Assembly (NCBI GenBank): GCA_963716985.1
Contig: OY970323.1
Coordinates: 512,001 to 576,000, forward strand
DNA length: 64,000 nucleotides
Direction of reading: 5' to 3'
From: an uncultured bacterium
Lineage (GTDB): Bacteria; Chlamydiota; Chlamydiia; Chlamydiales; SM23-39
The translations under genes and the position numbers were made by a program. Each line of letters begins with the position of its first letter. The stretch's first letter is position 1. The notes beneath the pieces are model-generated. The model did no database searches. It saw nothing but the letters and a program-made list of their open reading frames with translations, and had not been told where the DNA came from. Positions 47,897 through 57,956 of this stretch are shown here, piece after piece.

Positions 47897-48421
47897 ATGT
47901 GGAAAACGGTGGGAATCCCTGTGGAAGAGTTTCAAGGCGCTCCATTTTTTAGCGGTGCTGTAGATGCCAAGCTCGATAGTAAAAATCGCTTGGTCCTTCC
48001 CCATTTTATGCGCTATGGCCTTGTAGAAGAGGGGAGGCTCGAGTGCACAATTGGCTTAAGTTTGGGCGGCTGTCTTGCCATTTACCGACGATCGGACATA
48101 TTGAAGATTGCCAAAAAGTTCCAGGAGAACCTCTATGTTGCAAAATACCAAAAGTTCTTCACCCTTTTCTTTTCCACTCTGCACCACACAACTTGCGATA
48201 AAATCGGACGCATTTCTATTCCTTTTCGTTTGAAAAATGCAGTGCAAATGGAAAAGGAGATTGTCATCGCCGGCGTTTTGAACAAAATCGAGATCTGGCC
48301 GAAAATGATCTATGAAAAGCATCTGAAGGATTTGTTAGAGGGGAAAGATCCCGAGTTGGATTTTGCGAAAATGACCGAAGAGGCCTTTGCTCTATTAAGA
48401 GAGGAAAAGCAGATACCGTAA
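47897..48421 (+). CDS. mraZ: Division/cell-wall cluster repressor MraZ (start ATG 47897 or GTG 47921)
   Basis: KLDSKNRLVLP, DKIGRISIP and GVLNKIEIW motifs; precedes rsmH. Confidence 0.9.
   Translation: MWKTVGIPVEEFQGAPFFSGAVDAKLDSKNRLVLPHFMRYGLVEEGRLECTIGLSLGGCLAIYRRSDILKIAKKFQENLYVAKYQKFFTLFFSTLHHTTCDKIGRISIPFRLKNAVQMEKEIVIAGVLNKIEIWPKMIYEKHLKDLLEGKDPELDFAKMTEEAFALLREEKQIP
47899..47924 (+). promoter_or_regulatory. GTGG direct repeats (candidate MraZ boxes) just after a TTGCCA-N18-TAGTAT promoter
   Basis: GTGG at 47899, 47909 and 47921; -35 at 47869 and -10 at 47893. Confidence 0.5.
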
Positions 48422-48422
48422 C

Positions 48423-49304
48423 ATGCACGAACCGGTTTTACTAGAGGAGATCGAAGAGATTTTTTCCCACGTTGCAATCAAGGTTTTCTTTGATGGAACC
48501 GTGGGAGCCGGAGGCCATGCCAAGAGAGTGTTAGAAAAACACGGGGAAATAGAGCTTTATATAGGGTGTGATCGCGACCCGACGGCTTTAGAGATCGCAG
48601 CGAAGGAGTTGGCCCCTTGGGGAAAAAAATTGCGATTTGTTCGGGGCAGTTTTTCTGAAGTGGAAAACTTTCTTGCAAAAGAAAAAATAGGATGTATAGA
48701 CGGCGCTCTTTTGGATTTGGGCGTCTCTTCCATGCAGCTCGATACGCCCGAGAGGGGCTTTAGCTTCCAAAGAAGCGGAAGGCTCGACATGAGGATGGAT
48801 CCGGACATCGAGCTTACTGCAGAGGAGATCGTCAATCGATATTCTGAAAAGGAGCTGAGCCGCATCTTCCGTGATTTTGGGGAAGAGCCTCAATGGAGAA
48901 AAGCGGTGAAGGGCATCATCGAAGCGAGGCGCAGGAAGCCCATCCATACAACAAAGGAGCTTTCCGAGCTTCTCGAAAAGGTAGTGAGAAGAAGGGGAAA
49001 GATCCATCCGGCCACTCGAGTCTTTCAGGCCCTGCGCATGGAAGTGAATCAAGAGTTGGCCTTGCTGCAGATAGGGCTTGAGGAAATTTCCCGCCGTCTC
49101 TGTCCGAAAGGGAGAATGGGAGTGATTAGTTTTCATAGTTTAGAGGACCGCATCGTGAAGTTCACTTTTAGAGATCTTGTGAAAGAACATACTCACTTTC
49201 AACTCGTGATGAAAAAACCTAAGAGCGCCTCTAGAGAAGAGGTGAGAAAAAATCCTCGTTCGCGAAGTGCAAAATTAAGAGCTATAGAAAGGGTCGCTGT
49301 ATGA
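48423..49304 (+). CDS. rsmH: 16S rRNA m4C1402 methyltransferase
   Basis: HEPVLL, DGTVGAGGH, DLGVSSMQLD and NPRSRSAKLR motifs. Confidence 0.97.
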   Translation: MHEPVLLEEIEEIFSHVAIKVFFDGTVGAGGHAKRVLEKHGEIELYIGCDRDPTALEIAAKELAPWGKKLRFVRGSFSEVENFLAKEKIGCIDGALLDLGVSSMQLDTPERGFSFQRSGRLDMRMDPDIELTAEEIVNRYSEKELSRIFRDFGEEPQWRKAVKGIIEARRRKPIHTTKELSELLEKVVRRRGKIHPATRVFQALRMEVNQELALLQIGLEEISRRLCPKGRMGVISFHSLEDRIVKFTFRDLVKEHTHFQLVMKKPKSASREEVRKNPRSRSAKLRAIERVAV

Positions 49305-49654
49305 ATAGGGCACTGCTCGTGCGTTTTGTTGTTTGTCTTTTTTTCTTCTGCTTGTGTCTTTATTTTTACCTGGATCGGCAAAATCGATTGACTAGATTGA
49401 AGATCGAGCTTCCTCAGCTCATTAAAGAGGTCGAGGCGATCCAAAATGAAAACCAACGTCTTCGCTATGAGATCGATCGGTTTGAAAATCCTTCCCATCT
49501 TCTTGAGCTTGCTCAAAAAGCAGAGTTTTCTCATTTAAAACATCCTCACATTGGTGATATTCTAACCGTTGCAGAAGGGATGGCGCTTCAAGATCAGAAA
49601 AATGATCCAGAGCCTTCTTCTTATTCCATTTCTGTGACTGTTGGAGCGAAATAA
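49301..49654 (+). CDS. ftsL: Cell division protein FtsL-like
   Basis: TM segment plus coiled coil between rsmH and ftsI. Confidence 0.7.
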   Translation: MNRALLVRFVVCLFFFCLCLYFYLDRQNRLTRLKIELPQLIKEVEAIQNENQRLRYEIDRFENPSHLLELAQKAEFSHLKHPHIGDILTVAEGMALQDQKNDPEPSSYSISVTVGAK

Positions 49655-49656
49655 AA

Positions 49657-51678
49657 ATGCCTAACAAATGGGCCCATTTTTCTTCTGATCATCGAAGACT
49701 TGTCGTGATTTCCATCTTTCTTTTTTTGCTCTTTTGCCTGCTCATCATGCAGTTTTATAAAGTGCAGATCATCGAAGGGGAAAAATGGGCAGAACAAGGA
49801 AGAGCGCAGCATGAGCATCTGGTCATCGAGCCCTTTATGCGTGGCTCTTTTTTTTCCAACACATCCGTGAAAGAGGGACAGCCGCAGGAAGATCTTGCCT
49901 TTGTCATGGATGTTTTGAAGTTCCATCTTTTCATTGATCCCGAAGCCCTTCCCGATCCTCTGAAATCAGAGATTGCGAAAAAGATTTTTGCATTTTGTCC
50001 TCTATCTTCTCAAGAAGAGAGAGAAAAGGTTTTGCACTCCTTCTTTCGAAAAAGCAGGTCGCGCAAGATTGTCTCTTGGATGGATCGAAACACGAAAGAA
50101 AAGATCCTTCAATGGTGGACTCCTTACGCGAAAAAACATAAAATTGCTTCCAATGCAATTTTCTTCGTTCAGGATTTTAAACGCTCCTATCCTTTCTCCT
50201 CTCTTCTAGGACAGGTTCTTCATACGGTGCAGCAACAGAGGGATCCCACAAGCTTTCAAAATATTCCGACGGGAGGCCTTGAGCTCTACTTCCAAAAAGT
50301 TCTCTCGGGAAAACTCGGGAAAAGGGTCATTCTGCGCTCTCCCAGGCATCCTCTCGATACGGGAAGAGTGATCCAAAATCCTGAAAACGGCGCCGATATT
50401 TATTTAACGGTCAACCACTACCTGCAAGCCATTGCCGAGGAGGAGCTCAAAATCGGCATCGAAAAGATCCATGCAAAGGGGGGATGGGCGTTGATGATGG
50501 ATCCTGTGAGCGGAGAAATTTTGTGCGCCGCTCAATATCCCTCTTTTGATCCAACCCGTTATCGGGAATACTTTAATAATCCCGCATTGGAGCAGCACAC
50601 GCGCATCAAGGTAGTCAGCGATGCTTTTGAGCCAGGAAGTATTTTTAAGCCCATAACACTTGCCATCTGCTTCAAGGCAAATGAAGAGCTAATCCGGGCC
50701 GGAAAAGCCCCTCTTTTTTCTCCTCAAGAAAAGATCGCCACATCCAATGGAAAAGTTCCGGGAAGGGCCGCTCCGATCAAAGATGGACATAGGCACAATT
50801 TTCTGAATATGTATTTAGGGCTGCAAAAGTCTTCGAACGTCTACATGTCGAAGCTGATCCTTCGAGTGGTCGAGCGCATGGGAGATGAATGGTATCGAAA
50901 AGCGCTTGTCGATCTGTTTGGGTTTGGATTCAATACCAATATCCAGCTGCCGGGAGAAAATCCCGGAAAAGTCCCCACTCCGGGCAAGCTTCATCCCAAC
51001 GGAAAGCTGGAATGGTCTCTGTCGACTCCCTATTCTCTTGCGATGGGGCATAATATTCTGGTCTCCAGCATGCAAATGATCAAAAATTATGCCATGATCG
51101 CCAATGGAGGATGGGAGGTGCATCCGACGCTTGTGCGGAAGATCGTGAAGAAAAAGGTCTCGGGCGAAGAAGAGGTTTTTTATGAGCACAAGGTGAACGT
51201 GCATGAGAGAAAAAGAATATTATCAAGCGCAAGCACGAAAGAGATCGTTAAGGCCATGAAGTTTGTGACCAAGCCCGGAGGAACGTCGCCGTGGGCAGAT
51301 GTGGAAGGATATACCGAAGCCGGAAAGACCGGCACTTCAGAAAAAATCATCGATGGGAATTATTCTCATCAGCATTATATTTCTTCTTTCATCGGGATGG
51401 CTCCGGCAGACCGTCCGCGATTTGTTCTTATGGTTGTTGTCGATGAGCCGGAAGTAAAATACATTCCCGGCATGGGAAAATCCTATATGGGAGGCGTTTG
51501 CGCAGGCCCCATCTTTCGAGAAATTGCCAAACGCTCTTTGCAATATTTAGGAGTTGTTCCCGATGATCCTTTTGGGTATCCTTTTGGCGATCCCAGGCGG
51601 GATCCTAAGAAAGTTGACTGGATGAATGAGGTAAAAGAGATGAATGAACTCTATCATCGATGGAACGGGGGATCTTAA
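49657..51678 (+). CDS. ftsI: Penicillin-binding protein 3
   Basis: EPGSIFK, SSN and KTGT transpeptidase motifs. Confidence 0.93.
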   Translation: MPNKWAHFSSDHRRLVVISIFLFLLFCLLIMQFYKVQIIEGEKWAEQGRAQHEHLVIEPFMRGSFFSNTSVKEGQPQEDLAFVMDVLKFHLFIDPEALPDPLKSEIAKKIFAFCPLSSQEEREKVLHSFFRKSRSRKIVSWMDRNTKEKILQWWTPYAKKHKIASNAIFFVQDFKRSYPFSSLLGQVLHTVQQQRDPTSFQNIPTGGLELYFQKVLSGKLGKRVILRSPRHPLDTGRVIQNPENGADIYLTVNHYLQAIAEEELKIGIEKIHAKGGWALMMDPVSGEILCAAQYPSFDPTRYREYFNNPALEQHTRIKVVSDAFEPGSIFKPITLAICFKANEELIRAGKAPLFSPQEKIATSNGKVPGRAAPIKDGHRHNFLNMYLGLQKSSNVYMSKLILRVVERMGDEWYRKALVDLFGFGFNTNIQLPGENPGKVPTPGKLHPNGKLEWSLSTPYSLAMGHNILVSSMQMIKNYAMIANGGWEVHPTLVRKIVKKKVSGEEEVFYEHKVNVHERKRILSSASTKEIVKAMKFVTKPGGTSPWADVEGYTEAGKTGTSEKIIDGNYSHQHYISSFIGMAPADRPRFVLMVVVDEPEVKYIPGMGKSYMGGVCAGPIFREIAKRSLQYLGVVPDDPFGYPFGDPRRDPKKVDWMNEVKEMNELYHRWNGGS

Positions 51679-53145
51679 GTGAAATTAAAAAACCTCTTCA
51701 GCAACATTCGAGATTTGCATTGGGTGGGGTCCAAAGAGATAGAAATTTCCGGCCTTTGCAACGATTCGAGACGAGCGGCCCCCGGCAATCTTTTCCTTGC
51801 TAAACGGGGTCATGCCTTCGACGGCACTGCGTTCATTCCCGAAGCTGTTTCCAACGGAGCGATTGCTGTTTTGACCGATTGGGCCGATCCCTTTTTAGAT
51901 AAAAAGATTGTGCAGATCATTCATCCGGATGCTTCTCTGATCGAGAGCGAGATCTCCGCCCGTTATTATGGCTTTCCAAGTCGTGAACTTTTTCTTGTAG
52001 GAGTCACGGGGACGAGCGGAAAAACGACCAGCTGCTATTTGATCCGGCATCTCTTGGAGAAGAGCGGCATCTCCTGTGGGTTGATGGGCACCGTAGAAAT
52101 CATCGCGGGAAAGATGGTCTACCCCTCCTCTATGACGACCTTTGATGCTCTGACCAATCAAAAGCTGATGAGGGAAATGGTCAATGGGGGGAATAAAGCC
52201 TGTGTGATGGAGGTCTCTTCCCATGGACTGGACCAGGGAAGGGTGGGACACATCGAATTCAATGCAGCGCTTTTTACCAACCTCACCCATGAGCATCTCG
52301 ATTACCATCAGACGATGGATCTCTATTTTTCTTCGAAGCAAAAGCTTTTTACCGCTCTTTTGCAATCGAAAAAAGGAAGAAAGACCTTTGCCCTTTTAAA
52401 CGCCGATTCTCCCTATAGCGAGCGGATACGCCAAGGCTGTTTGGCCGAGATTTTGACCTATGGAATCCACGCTAAAGCCGACCTTCTGGCAAGCATGATC
52501 GAATCGAGCGTGAAAGGAACGAAAGTTTGCCTTTCCTACCAAAACCAAAGTGAAACTTTTTCCACGCCCTTGATAGGCACATATAATGTATCGAACCTTC
52601 TTAGCGCCGTCTCGGTAGGGCTTTCCCTTGGACTAACTCTTCATGAAATGAAAGGGGTCTTTTCTGATTGTCCGCAAATTCCCGGAAGATTGGAGCGCGT
52701 TATACAGAAACACCCTTTTTCCGTTTTTGTCGATTATGCGCATAAAATCGATGCTTTAGAGCAGGTGCTGCTCTGTTTGCGGCAAGTTGCCAGAGCCCGG
52801 ATCTTGACGCTCTTTGGATGCGGAGGGGACCGCGATCGAGAAAAAAGACCGCGTATGGCGCAAGTGGCCGAAAAGCTTTCCGATTTCGTCGTTGTTACCT
52901 CGGACAATCCGCGATCTGAAGATCCGCAGGCGATTGTCGACGAGATCCTTCCCGGTTTTTCCTCCTCGAGATATCTCGTGGAATTGGATCGACGGTTGGC
53001 CATTGAAAAGATTTGTCAAATGGGGCGAAAAGATGACGTGGTTTTGATTGCAGGAAAAGGACACGAGGCCTATCAGATTTTTGCTCATAAGCGGCAGGAG
53101 TTTGACGATCGAAAAATAGCCAAGGAAGTGTGCGATGCTCTTTAG
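51679..53145 (+). CDS. murE: UDP-MurNAc-tripeptide synthetase (meso-DAP)
   Basis: GVTGTSGKTT, MEVSSH, DNPR and AGKGHE motifs. Confidence 0.96.
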   Translation: MKLKNLFSNIRDLHWVGSKEIEISGLCNDSRRAAPGNLFLAKRGHAFDGTAFIPEAVSNGAIAVLTDWADPFLDKKIVQIIHPDASLIESEISARYYGFPSRELFLVGVTGTSGKTTSCYLIRHLLEKSGISCGLMGTVEIIAGKMVYPSSMTTFDALTNQKLMREMVNGGNKACVMEVSSHGLDQGRVGHIEFNAALFTNLTHEHLDYHQTMDLYFSSKQKLFTALLQSKKGRKTFALLNADSPYSERIRQGCLAEILTYGIHAKADLLASMIESSVKGTKVCLSYQNQSETFSTPLIGTYNVSNLLSAVSVGLSLGLTLHEMKGVFSDCPQIPGRLERVIQKHPFSVFVDYAHKIDALEQVLLCLRQVARARILTLFGCGGDRDREKRPRMAQVAEKLSDFVVVTSDNPRSEDPQAIVDEILPGFSSSRYLVELDRRLAIEKICQMGRKDDVVLIAGKGHEAYQIFAHKRQEFDDRKIAKEVCDAL

Positions 53146-53800
53146 AAAAAAACTTGCGTTTTTTGCGCTTTTCATTTTTTTCCCCTTTTCGATGCAGCTT
53201 TTTTCTGCAGAGCCTGCATTGAAGCGCCATGCACGTGCAGCATACCCTCTCATTGTCCTGGATCCCGGCCATGGAGGATATAATGTCGGAGCGAGGGGAA
53301 AAAAACCTTCTTGTGAAGAAAAAAAACTCGCTTTATTGACGGCAAAAATGACCAAAAGACATTTAGAAGATCTCGGTTATCGCGTGGTTTTGACCCGATC
53401 GAGCGATTTTTTTGTCCCTTTAGAAAGACGCGTTTTTATTGCCAACCATTCTCGAGGGGAGCTTTTCGTCAGCATCCATTTCAATTCTTGCCCCAGCAAA
53501 GAGGTGCAGGGCATCGAAATCTATTATACCGAGTCTCAAGAGAACAAGCGGCGCTCCTTGGATTCCAAAAAGCTTGCGCATGCGGTTTTAGGGAAAACGG
53601 TGTTGCGCACGAATGCTCTTTCTCGGGGCGTTCGATCTGCGAATTTTTACGTGACTCGAGAGACCAACATACCCGCCGTTTTGGTGGAGGGGGGGTATAT
53701 CACCAATCTTGCAGAGCGCAAGCAGCTGCGCAGCCGCGATCATTTAGAAAAGATCGCCTCCGGCATTGCCGAGGGCATCCACCATTACTATCGCTCATAA
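53135..53800 (+). CDS. amiA: N-acetylmuramoyl-L-alanine amidase
   Basis: LDPGHGG, FVSIHFN and AVLVEGGY motifs. Confidence 0.92.
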   Translation: MLFRKKLAFFALFIFFPFSMQLFSAEPALKRHARAAYPLIVLDPGHGGYNVGARGKKPSCEEKKLALLTAKMTKRHLEDLGYRVVLTRSSDFFVPLERRVFIANHSRGELFVSIHFNSCPSKEVQGIEIYYTESQENKRRSLDSKKLAHAVLGKTVLRTNALSRGVRSANFYVTRETNIPAVLVEGGYITNLAERKQLRSRDHLEKIASGIAEGIHHYYRS

Positions 53801-53847
53801 GATTTCCGCGGTTTGGAGCCTCTATAGATTCGCCTGAGTTGGAGAAC

Positions 53848-55232
53848 CTGATCCTTACACACAAGTCTAAAATTTAGTATACTGTTCCTTTTTTAAAAGG
53901 AGCGGTATCATGAAAGAACAATGGATTTATGAACAATTTTCTACTATCGATGTAGGAGATGCCCGCCTGCAAAAGAGGGCCGTTGACGTTGCTATAGGTT
54001 GCGCAGAACATCCTGAAGAGTCCCTGGCAGGACGCTTTGATAAATGGGCAGATCTCCAGGGAACTTACCGCTTTTTTAATAATCCTAAAATTACACATCA
54101 GGCGCTTCAACAACCCCATTACGATCAAGTCTTAGAAAAGGCGCGCTGGTCGGAACAGCTTGTTCTATTTATTCAAGATGGTTCAGAGCTTTTGTTCAAT
54201 TCCCATCCATGGACACATGGACTTGGACCAACCGCGGACAGTAACGGAAATGGACTCATGTTTCACTCATGCCTGGTCGCCAAATATCATGAATCTGAAG
54301 AAACCGAAATTTTGGGACTTGGTTACCAGGAGGCTTGGGTGCGTCCCGAAGAAAAATCGGCGAGTGATTCGAAAGAATCTGAGGTGTGGCTGAGGACGTT
54401 AGAGAAAATGGGACGTCCCCAGGAGAACTGGGTGAGCGTTGGCGATCGCGCCAATGATATTTATGATTTTTTGAATAATGCAAATAGGCTGGGGTGGAAA
54501 TGTGTAGTGCGGGCGCGACATGATCGCAAAGTCGAGATTGATGGCGAGAAGACACGTCTTTTTTCATGGATTCGTCAACAGACAGCCAAGTGTACATCCA
54601 CGCTGTATGTGAAAGCAAAAGGCGAAGAATTTGGTGGTGAAGTGACACTGGAAATAACTTGGGTCAAAGCGAAATTGTTTCCTCCAGGAAATGGGGGTTC
54701 AGCAGGTGAAGAAGTGACGTATATTCGAGTGTGGTGTCCCGATAGGCCCAGGTTAGAATGGCTATTGGTTACGAATCTTCCTGTCAACAATCAAGAAGAC
54801 TCCCTAAGAATCGTCAGAATCTACCGCCGACGCTGGCTTATAGAGGATTATCATAAGGCGGTCAAAACGGGCTTTCGAATCGAAGATAATCAGCTTAAAC
54901 AGGCGAGCCGAATTCTTGCACTATTTGGAATGATTGGGGTGATAGCGACGCAACTTTTATCGATGAGAGAACAATGTCGGTTGTCTCCGGAAACACCGGT
55001 CGAGGAAAAAGTGCCCAAGCCTTGGATTACGCTCATAGAAAGGCATCTGATGGTGAAATTGAAAACGGTGAAAGATTTCTGGCGTTCTCTGGCTCGTATG
55101 GGGGGTTTTATAGGGCGCAAATCAGATGGGGAGCCTGGGTGGCAAACAATTTGGAAGGGTTATAAACGATTGCAAGACATGTTAATGGGAGCGCTTTTAG
55201 GTTGTGGATGTTGACTTGTGTATAAGGATCAG
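53848..55232 (+). mobile_element. IS4-family (IS50/Tn5 group) element
   Basis: IRs CTGATCCTTA(C/T)ACACAAGT; 10-bp TSD GTTGGAGAAC at 53838-53847 and 55233-55242. Confidence 0.95.
53910..55214 (+). CDS. IS50-like transposase
   Basis: GDARLQKR, YRFFNN, YRRRWLIEDYHKAVK (YREK-like) and GGFIGRKSDGEPGWQTIWKG motifs. Confidence 0.93.
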   Translation: MKEQWIYEQFSTIDVGDARLQKRAVDVAIGCAEHPEESLAGRFDKWADLQGTYRFFNNPKITHQALQQPHYDQVLEKARWSEQLVLFIQDGSELLFNSHPWTHGLGPTADSNGNGLMFHSCLVAKYHESEETEILGLGYQEAWVRPEEKSASDSKESEVWLRTLEKMGRPQENWVSVGDRANDIYDFLNNANRLGWKCVVRARHDRKVEIDGEKTRLFSWIRQQTAKCTSTLYVKAKGEEFGGEVTLEITWVKAKLFPPGNGGSAGEEVTYIRVWCPDRPRLEWLLVTNLPVNNQEDSLRIVRIYRRRWLIEDYHKAVKTGFRIEDNQLKQASRILALFGMIGVIATQLLSMREQCRLSPETPVEEKVPKPWITLIERHLMVKLKTVKDFWRSLARMGGFIGRKSDGEPGWQTIWKGYKRLQDMLMGALLGCGC

Positions 55233-55394
55233 GTTGGAGAACGCTTTCAAAAGCAATTATATTTTTTTAAATTATCATCTGTTTTTTCATTAATCAAATG
55301 CTCCAATTCTGCAAATTAAAATTTTTATTGCTAAAATAAATAAAAACCAGTAATTTAATTAAATAGGCGCAAAATGCGGCAAAAGGAGAAGTTT

Positions 55395-56033
55395 ATGTCG
55401 GTAAGTCCCTGGAAGAAAATGTGGTTTCATCCACGAAAGGCCATTCAATCCATTGTGGCAATTTCCCCCAATTATGGTTTGAAGATGTTATCATTTATCT
55501 ATGGTATTGTTTCATTGTCTGGTCTGGCGCAGGCTTTTTCACTGGGTTCTTATGTAGGTTTTTTACCCTTAATTCTTCTCCTATTAATCATCGCGCCCTT
55601 TTGGGGATATCTTACCTTTACCTTCATTTCGTGGATCGTTTATCAAGTAGGAAAATGGTTGAAGGGACGTGCTTCCTACACGGAAGTAAGAGCGGTGATT
55701 GCTTGGGCCAACCTTCCCATCATAGTGACTCTTGTCATCGGCTTGTGTTTTCTCTTAAGTTTTGGAGAAACGTTCTTTCAAGGCTTCTCCAACACTTATC
55801 TTTTGAATTATCACATGTATGTGCAGCTCTTTATTCTTTCTTTGGGGCAGATAGGGGTCGGAATCTGGTCGATTGTAATATGTGTGTTAGCCCTTTCGCA
55901 GGTTCAAAAATTTTCCATTGGCAAGGCCATTGGCAATCTTCTCATTGTATCGGCTTTTGTGATCGCAGCAGCTATACTCATTAGTCTGCTTGTTTTATGG
56001 GGACTGGTTAGCAAGGGAGTATATGCAATTTAA
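55395..56033 (+). CDS. Yip1-family membrane protein
   Basis: PWKKMWFHPRKAI, GKWLKGRASYTEVRAVIAWA; about 5 TM segments. Confidence 0.75.
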   Translation: MSVSPWKKMWFHPRKAIQSIVAISPNYGLKMLSFIYGIVSLSGLAQAFSLGSYVGFLPLILLLLIIAPFWGYLTFTFISWIVYQVGKWLKGRASYTEVRAVIAWANLPIIVTLVIGLCFLLSFGETFFQGFSNTYLLNYHMYVQLFILSLGQIGVGIWSIVICVLALSQVQKFSIGKAIGNLLIVSAFVIAAAILISLLVLWGLVSKGVYAI

Positions 56034-56149
56034 AAGAAGATCTCTTTGGGAGTGATTTTTAAGCAGTTGCAGCTCCTTTTGTTCTTGGACCGACCGTCAT
56101 CTTGAAAATGGGATAAGGGGTTGTTTGGTAGTCTCTCAAGGAGGACACC

Positions 56150-56390
56150 CAAGAAGATCGAGAAGCTGCTTTTTTATCCTGGCTATTGCCGTGTGCTGGG
56201 TCTATAAAATTGGCGAGTTGCAAGCCCGCGCAAAGTGCCCATCACAATTAAAAAACATGGTGAAAGCTGAAAAGTATTTTTCGCTTGGGCCTTGACCTGA
56301 TCCGCCGAGGTCTATTCAGAGACGATCCTTCTCTCTTGGAGGGGTTGACTGTTTTCCACTATTTAGGACTCGCTAGCAAGGAAGCTGTTA
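56150..56390 (+). pseudogene. Degenerate IS4-family transposase 3' remnant
   Basis: With frameshifts reads KIEKLLFILAIAVCWVYKIGE..PITIKKHG..KSIFRLGLDLIRR; second copy at about 60226-60410. Confidence 0.6.
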
Positions 56391-56565
56391 TATGAAATCA
56401 TCATTTTTTTTGTGTTCAGAGAGACCTGCCTAATGCAAGTATCTTATATCCAATTGCTTATTTTTTCAAAACCCCTGGTTATTGAATGCTAACGGCTTGA
56501 AAAAATTAAATTCTTAATCCGCTTGTAATTAATAATTTGAAATCTCTAAATAATGGAAATATTTG

Positions 56566-57947
56566 GGTTCATCCGACAAATGCGTACCTGGACTCATGTA
56601 GATGATAAAGTCGTAATTTAAAATATTCCATATCTCGAAAGCCATACGCTTGCCTTTTCATCGTTTTAATCTTGTTGTTTATGCCCTCTGCTCCGGCGTT
56701 TGAAATGCGATGTTTGAAATAGTTCAACAGCCCTATCTTATATCGGTGCAACGTTTTGACCACCCGTCTTAGTGGCTTCAATCCCGTTGCCAAGGCGTCG
56801 ATTCCCCACATGGTCAGAAAATGTTCCGCATCTTCCACGGAATCTTTCTTCCAGAAAAGCTGAAACTGTTCTTTTAAAGAATGAGCCAAATATAATGGCG
56901 CATTCACTGTAAGTAAAACATCCAGTCGCGTTTTGTTTTCCAAGTCTAAATTGTCATAATTCGTCAGGAACAAAAACCGACTTCCCTTCAGCGCCTTCGC
57001 ATCATTCCCATTCAGATTCTGTTGCTGATCTTTTCTTACTTCGTCTAGAGCTTTGTTCAATATAGCGGTCACATGAAAATGGTCGAATACCACATCCACA
57101 TTCGGCAAAAATTCTTGCGCTGCTGAATAGTACGATGTGCTCATGTCCATGGCGATTGCCTTCAGTTTGGGCGCGCGCTTTGCCAGCTTCTTGAAAAATG
57201 GAGCAACAGCTTCTACAGTTCTTCCCTCTACAGAATGAATAATTCTTCCCGACCGAAGATCTGTGAAAACCGTCATATATTCATGCCCTTTTCGTATGCT
57301 AAATTCATCGACGGTAATGTATTCCAAATCTTCCAGAGAGATTGTTTTATAGAGCGCTGCCAATTTTTCTTTGTGAATTCTTTTGACGACATTCCAGCTG
57401 ATGTTGAGGAAACGCGAGACATCCAGGAGAGTGCTGAAATGCAAAAGATCCAACACGTGTGCCATCATTGAGCGTACCATTCGAAATTTGCCTTTCATAA
57501 AAGGCAATTGAGGCCACCATGTACGGCCACATTGAGGACATTCGACTCGGTGTAACAGCGCATTCAGAAAGCATGGCTTGCCGCCAAATGGAACCATTTT
57601 AAATAGTCGCCTTTTCTGTCCTTTGAAATTTGTGTGTATCCATCCGCATTTGCATTGAGGGGGATCGACCATTTCGGCGTAGATCGTAATCGTTCCCGCT
57701 TCAAATTTGGTAGAATGGTATTGAACTCCACTGATTCCATATGCATGATACAAAAGAGAAGTAGACATAAAAGAAGCCTCCCCGCAAGGGTGTTGGTTAC
57801 AAGCTCCTTTTATACGTCTACTTCTTTTGTTTCTGCCAGCTTTTCAAAATCTCTCATAACTCATAACGCTCTTATAATCAATGTCTTTAAAAATCTATGG
57901 ATTTAACGCTTTTTCCTGGCTATAGGTACGCATTTGTCGGATGAACC
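56566..57947 (-). mobile_element. ISL3-family element
   Basis: Perfect 23-bp IR GGTTCATCCGACAAATGCGTACC; 8-bp TSD AATATTTG. Confidence 0.95.
56569..57768 (-). CDS. ISL3 transposase
   Basis: VDEFSIRKGHEY, AMDM, FDHFH and EGINNKIKTMKRQAYGFRD motifs. Confidence 0.95.
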   Translation of the reverse strand: MSTSLLYHAYGISGVQYHSTKFEAGTITIYAEMVDPPQCKCGWIHTNFKGQKRRLFKMVPFGGKPCFLNALLHRVECPQCGRTWWPQLPFMKGKFRMVRSMMAHVLDLLHFSTLLDVSRFLNISWNVVKRIHKEKLAALYKTISLEDLEYITVDEFSIRKGHEYMTVFTDLRSGRIIHSVEGRTVEAVAPFFKKLAKRAPKLKAIAMDMSTSYYSAAQEFLPNVDVVFDHFHVTAILNKALDEVRKDQQQNLNGNDAKALKGSRFLFLTNYDNLDLENKTRLDVLLTVNAPLYLAHSLKEQFQLFWKKDSVEDAEHFLTMWGIDALATGLKPLRRVVKTLHRYKIGLLNYFKHRISNAGAEGINNKIKTMKRQAYGFRDMEYFKLRLYHLHESRYAFVG

Positions 57948-57956
57948 AATATTTGT

